DNA from: Macrostomum hystrix
Taxonomy: Eukaryota > Animalia > Platyhelminthes
Direction of reading: 5' to 3'
NCBI GenBank assembly: GCA_950097015.1
Contig: CATNEN010000005.1
Location: 2,604,001 to 2,668,000, forward strand
Length of the DNA stretch: 64,000 nucleotides
Below are positions 60,548-64,000 of the stretch, one piece after another; the first letter of the stretch is position 1; each line of letters opens with the position of its first letter. The notes under the pieces were generated by a model. It was not told the DNA's origin and did not search any database. It worked only from the letters and a program-made list of their open reading frames with translations. A program made the translations under genes and the position numbers.

Positions 60548-62594
60548 GTTCGTGAAGTTACTGGCTTGTGAAGTTACTAGTTTGTGAAGTTACTGGCTTG
60601 TGAAGTTACTAGTTTGTAAAGTACTGGCTTGTGAAGTTACTAGTTCGTGAAGTTACTGGCTTGTAACGTTACTAGTTTGTGAAGTTACTGGCTTGTAACG
60701 TTACTAGTTCGTGAAGTTACTGGCTTGTGAAGTTACTAGTTTGTGAAGTTACTGGCTTGTAACGTTACTAGCTCGTAAAGTTACTGGCTTGTGAGGTTAC
60801 TAGTTTGTGAAGTTACTGGCTTGTAAAGTTACTAGCTCGTAAAGTTACTGGCTTGTGAAGTTACTAGTTCGTGAAGTTACTGGCTTGTGAAGTTACTAGT
60901 TTTTTTAATAACTTGCTTGGAAAGTTACTAGCTCGTAAAGTTACTGGCTTGTGAAGTTACTAGTTTGTGAAGTTACTGGCTTGTGAAGTTACTAGTTTGT
61001 GAAGTTACTGGCTTGTAAAGTTACTAGTTCGTGAAGTTACTGGCTTGTGAAGTTACTAGTTCGTGAAGTTACTGGCTTGTGAAGTTACTAGTTTGTGAAG
61101 TTACTGGCTTGTGAAGTTACTAGTTCGTGAAGTTACTGGCTTGTGAAGTTACTAGTTTGTGAAGTTACTGGCTTGTGAAGTTACTAGTTCGTGAAGTTAC
61201 TGGCTTGTGAAGTTACTAGTTTGTGAAGTTACTGGCTTGTGAAGTTACTAGTTCGTGAAGTTACTGGCTTGTGAAGTTACTAGTTCGTGAAGTTACTGGC
61301 TTGTGAAGTTACTAGTTTGTGAAGTTACTGGCTTGTAAAGTTACTAGTTTGTAAAGTTACTGGCTTGTGAAGTTACTAGTTCGTGAAGTTACTGGCTTGT
61401 GAAGTTACTAGTTTGTGAAGTTACTGGCTTGTAAAGTTACTAGCTCGTAAAGTTACTGGCTTGTAAAGTTACTAGTTTGTGAAGTTACTGGCTTGTAAAG
61501 TTACTAGTTCGTAAAGTTACTGGCTTGTAAAGTTACTAGTTCGTAAAGTTACTGGCTTGTGAAGTTACTAGTTCGTGAAGTTACTGGCTTGTGAAGTTAC
61601 TAGTTTGTGAAGTTACTGGCTTGTGAAGTTACTAGTTCGTGAAGTTACTGGCTTGTGAAGTTACTAGTTTGTGAAGTTACTGGCTTGTGAAGTTACTAGT
61701 TTGTGAAGTTACTGGCTTGTGAAGTTACTAGTTTGTGAAGTTACTGGCTTGTGAAGTTACTAGTTCGTGAAGTTACTGGCTTGTGAAGTTACTAGTTCGT
61801 GAAGTTACTGGCTTGTGAAGTTACTAGTTTGTGAAGTTACTGGCTTGTAAAGTTACTAGTTTGTAAAGTTACTGGCTTGTGAAGTTACTAGTTCGTGAAG
61901 TTACTGGCTTGTGAAGTTACTAGTTTGTGAAGTTACTGGCTTGTAAAGTTACTAGCTCGTAAAGTTACTGGCTTGTAAAGTTACTAGTTTGTGAAGTTAC
62001 TGGCTTGTAAAGTTACTAGCTCGTAAAGTTACTGGCTTGTAAAGTTACTAGTTCGTAAAGTTACTGGCTTGTGAAGTTACTAGTTCGTGAAGTTACTGGC
62101 TTGTGAAGTTACTAGTTTGTGAAGTTACTGGCTTGTAACGTTACTAGTTCGTGAAGTTACTGGCTTGTGAAGTTACTAGTTTGTGAAGTTACTGGCTTGT
62201 AACGTTACTAGCTCGTAAAGTTACTGGCTTGTGAAGTTACTAGTTTGTGAAGTTACTGGCTTGTGAAGTTACTAGTACGTGAAGTTACTGGCTTGTGAAG
62301 TTACTAGTTCGTGAAGTTACTGGCTTGTGAAGTTACTAGTTTGTGAAGTTACTGGCTTGTAAAGTTACTAGTTTGTAAAGTTACTGGCTTGTGAAGTTAC
62401 TAGTTCGTGAAGTTACTGGCTTGTGAAGTTACTAGTTTGTGAAGTTACTGGCTTGTAAAGTTACTAGCTCGTAAAGTTACTGGCTTGTAAAGTTACTAGT
62501 TTGTGAAGTTACTGGCTTGTAAAGTTACTAGCTCGTAAAGTTACTGGCTTGTAAAGTTACTAGTTCGTAAAGTTACTGGCTTGTGAAGTTACTA
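60548..62594. repeat. 32-bp (2x16) minisatellite
   Basis: Alternating GTGAAGTTACTGGCTT / GTGAAGTTACTAGTTY units. Confidence 0.96.
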
Positions 62595-63534
62595 TCTTCT
62601 GTATTTACTAGCTTCAGAGGTTACCTGCCCGAGTAGACTTTACTAGATTTTAAAGTTTCTCGGTTTTGTTTCTTTTTTTGTTAGCTAACAATAAAAGCAA
62701 TATAATTGACCTGAACGTAACCAATATCAGTCATTGAATTTTAATCAGGATTGCTTTTTTTACTCTGAAAATAGTTAGCAAAACTTTTAAATATTCTTTT
62801 TCTGTCTCAAAGCAATGATTTATATAAGCAGTTAGAATCTAATTTTTATAGAATACCTAGTAAGCTATCTGTTCTATATTTTCAGATTCAATAATAATCT
62901 AAATCTATGGTATACGCATGTGACTACTATCGATAGTCAGAATAATTAGTAGTATAAGAGCTGTACTTACAAAAAAGCATTTCTGTATCTAAAAAATGTA
63001 AGGCATAAGTTTTTGTGGTCGTCAATGTAATTACAAGAAGTAATGTCTCGTAATCTCGCATAAAAAATATAAAAAGACAACACAATCAATAGCGCAAAAG
63101 ATTTGCTGCATAAATCTTCATCAGCTTCGATAATAAACTGTCTATTTAGATATAATATCCGGGTATTTGTATCGATTTTTTTGTCAGTGAATAGGTCAAT
63201 TATGAAGTATAAAATCAGTGTATATATATCAGAGCAATTTGTAAAACATAAACAACCAATAATATTTTGTTACAAAAAAACTAATACACATAAACAATAA
63301 TACGTCACAATATATGACCACCGAATAAAATATGCTAAAACAGAAAAAGTATTTGTTGACTGTTTCAGTGCTAGTAATATGTAAGACCAATCATTTGACT
63401 ACAGATAAAATCACAAGTACATCAATCTAGGAATGCGCTGTTTTCAACAGACTGAAATAATTCTATCTAACTTTAACTATATCCCTGGGGTTGGTGCAAC
63501 CTTCTTATCTAAACGCAATTATCTACGAGTATAT

Positions 63535-64000
63535 CAGGTGTCGGCAAACTTATTAGCTAGCGGGCCAAAAATAGTACCTAAAAGACGACAGTGGGCCGCG
63601 TTGACTGTAGAAATGTAAGAGAAATATATCAGAGATAGGGGAGAGATGAGACACGAAAGAGATGAGACACTGGATAGATGAGACACGGGAGAGACGAGAC
63701 AATGGATAGATGAGACACGGGAGAGATAAGACAGAGGAGAGGTGAGACAAAGGAGAGATAAGACACGGGAGAGACGAGACAATGGATAGATGAGACACGG
63801 GAGAGACGAGACAATGGATAGATGAGACACGGGAGAGACGAGACAATGGATAGATGAGACACGGGAGAGACGAGACAATGGATAGATGAGACACGGGAGA
63901 GACGAGACAATGGATAGATGAGACATGGGAGAGACGAGACAATGGATAGATGAGACACGGGAGAGACGAGACAATGGATAGATGAGACACGGGAGAGACG
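63535..64000 (-). mobile_element. Second copy of the same hAT-type MITE, truncated by window edge
   Basis: TIR CAGGTGTCGGCAAACT at 63535. Bases 63550-63615 are homologous to the reverse complement of 14121-14185, followed by a 32-bp (2x16) repeat GAGACGAGACAATGGATAGATGAGACACGGGA that is the reverse complement of the same 16-mer family. Confidence 0.78.

Overview
Eukaryotic (metazoan, probably non-chordate invertebrate) genomic DNA with GT-AG introns. The repeat-packed introns and GC-rich exons resemble a free-living flatworm such as Macrostomum, but I cannot prove the organism from sequence. Protein-coding content: (i) a villin/gelsolin-family gene on the minus strand (11 exons, 14451->58, running off the left edge); (ii) a 9-exon, 795-aa KSR/RAF-type pseudokinase on the minus strand (46117->22708) that lacks RBD/C1 domains and the catalytic K, HRD and DFG motifs (KSR3-like); (iii) an intronless sphingomyelin-synthase-family ORF (26200-27387, +) nested antisense in the 14-kb intron 5 of that kinase; (iv) a possible small orphan 2-exon gene divergent from villin. 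Roughly half the window is minisatellite, with more than 20 different units of 7-77 bp. Mobile elements: two CORE-type tRNA-SINE copies, a second tRNA-SINE with a 14-bp TSD, and two copies of a hAT-type MITE carrying an internal minisatellite. The most striking structure is a ~13-kb composite array (47050-59950) in which nine apparently identical 589-bp tRNA-headed SINE-like units alternate with variable-length 20-bp minisatellite spacers. That unit shares an ordered set of motifs and a co-varying 3' RNA fold with the diverged SINE at 6463. All long repeat-derived ORFs in the track are judged spurious. Repeat boundaries and copy numbers are manual estimates.
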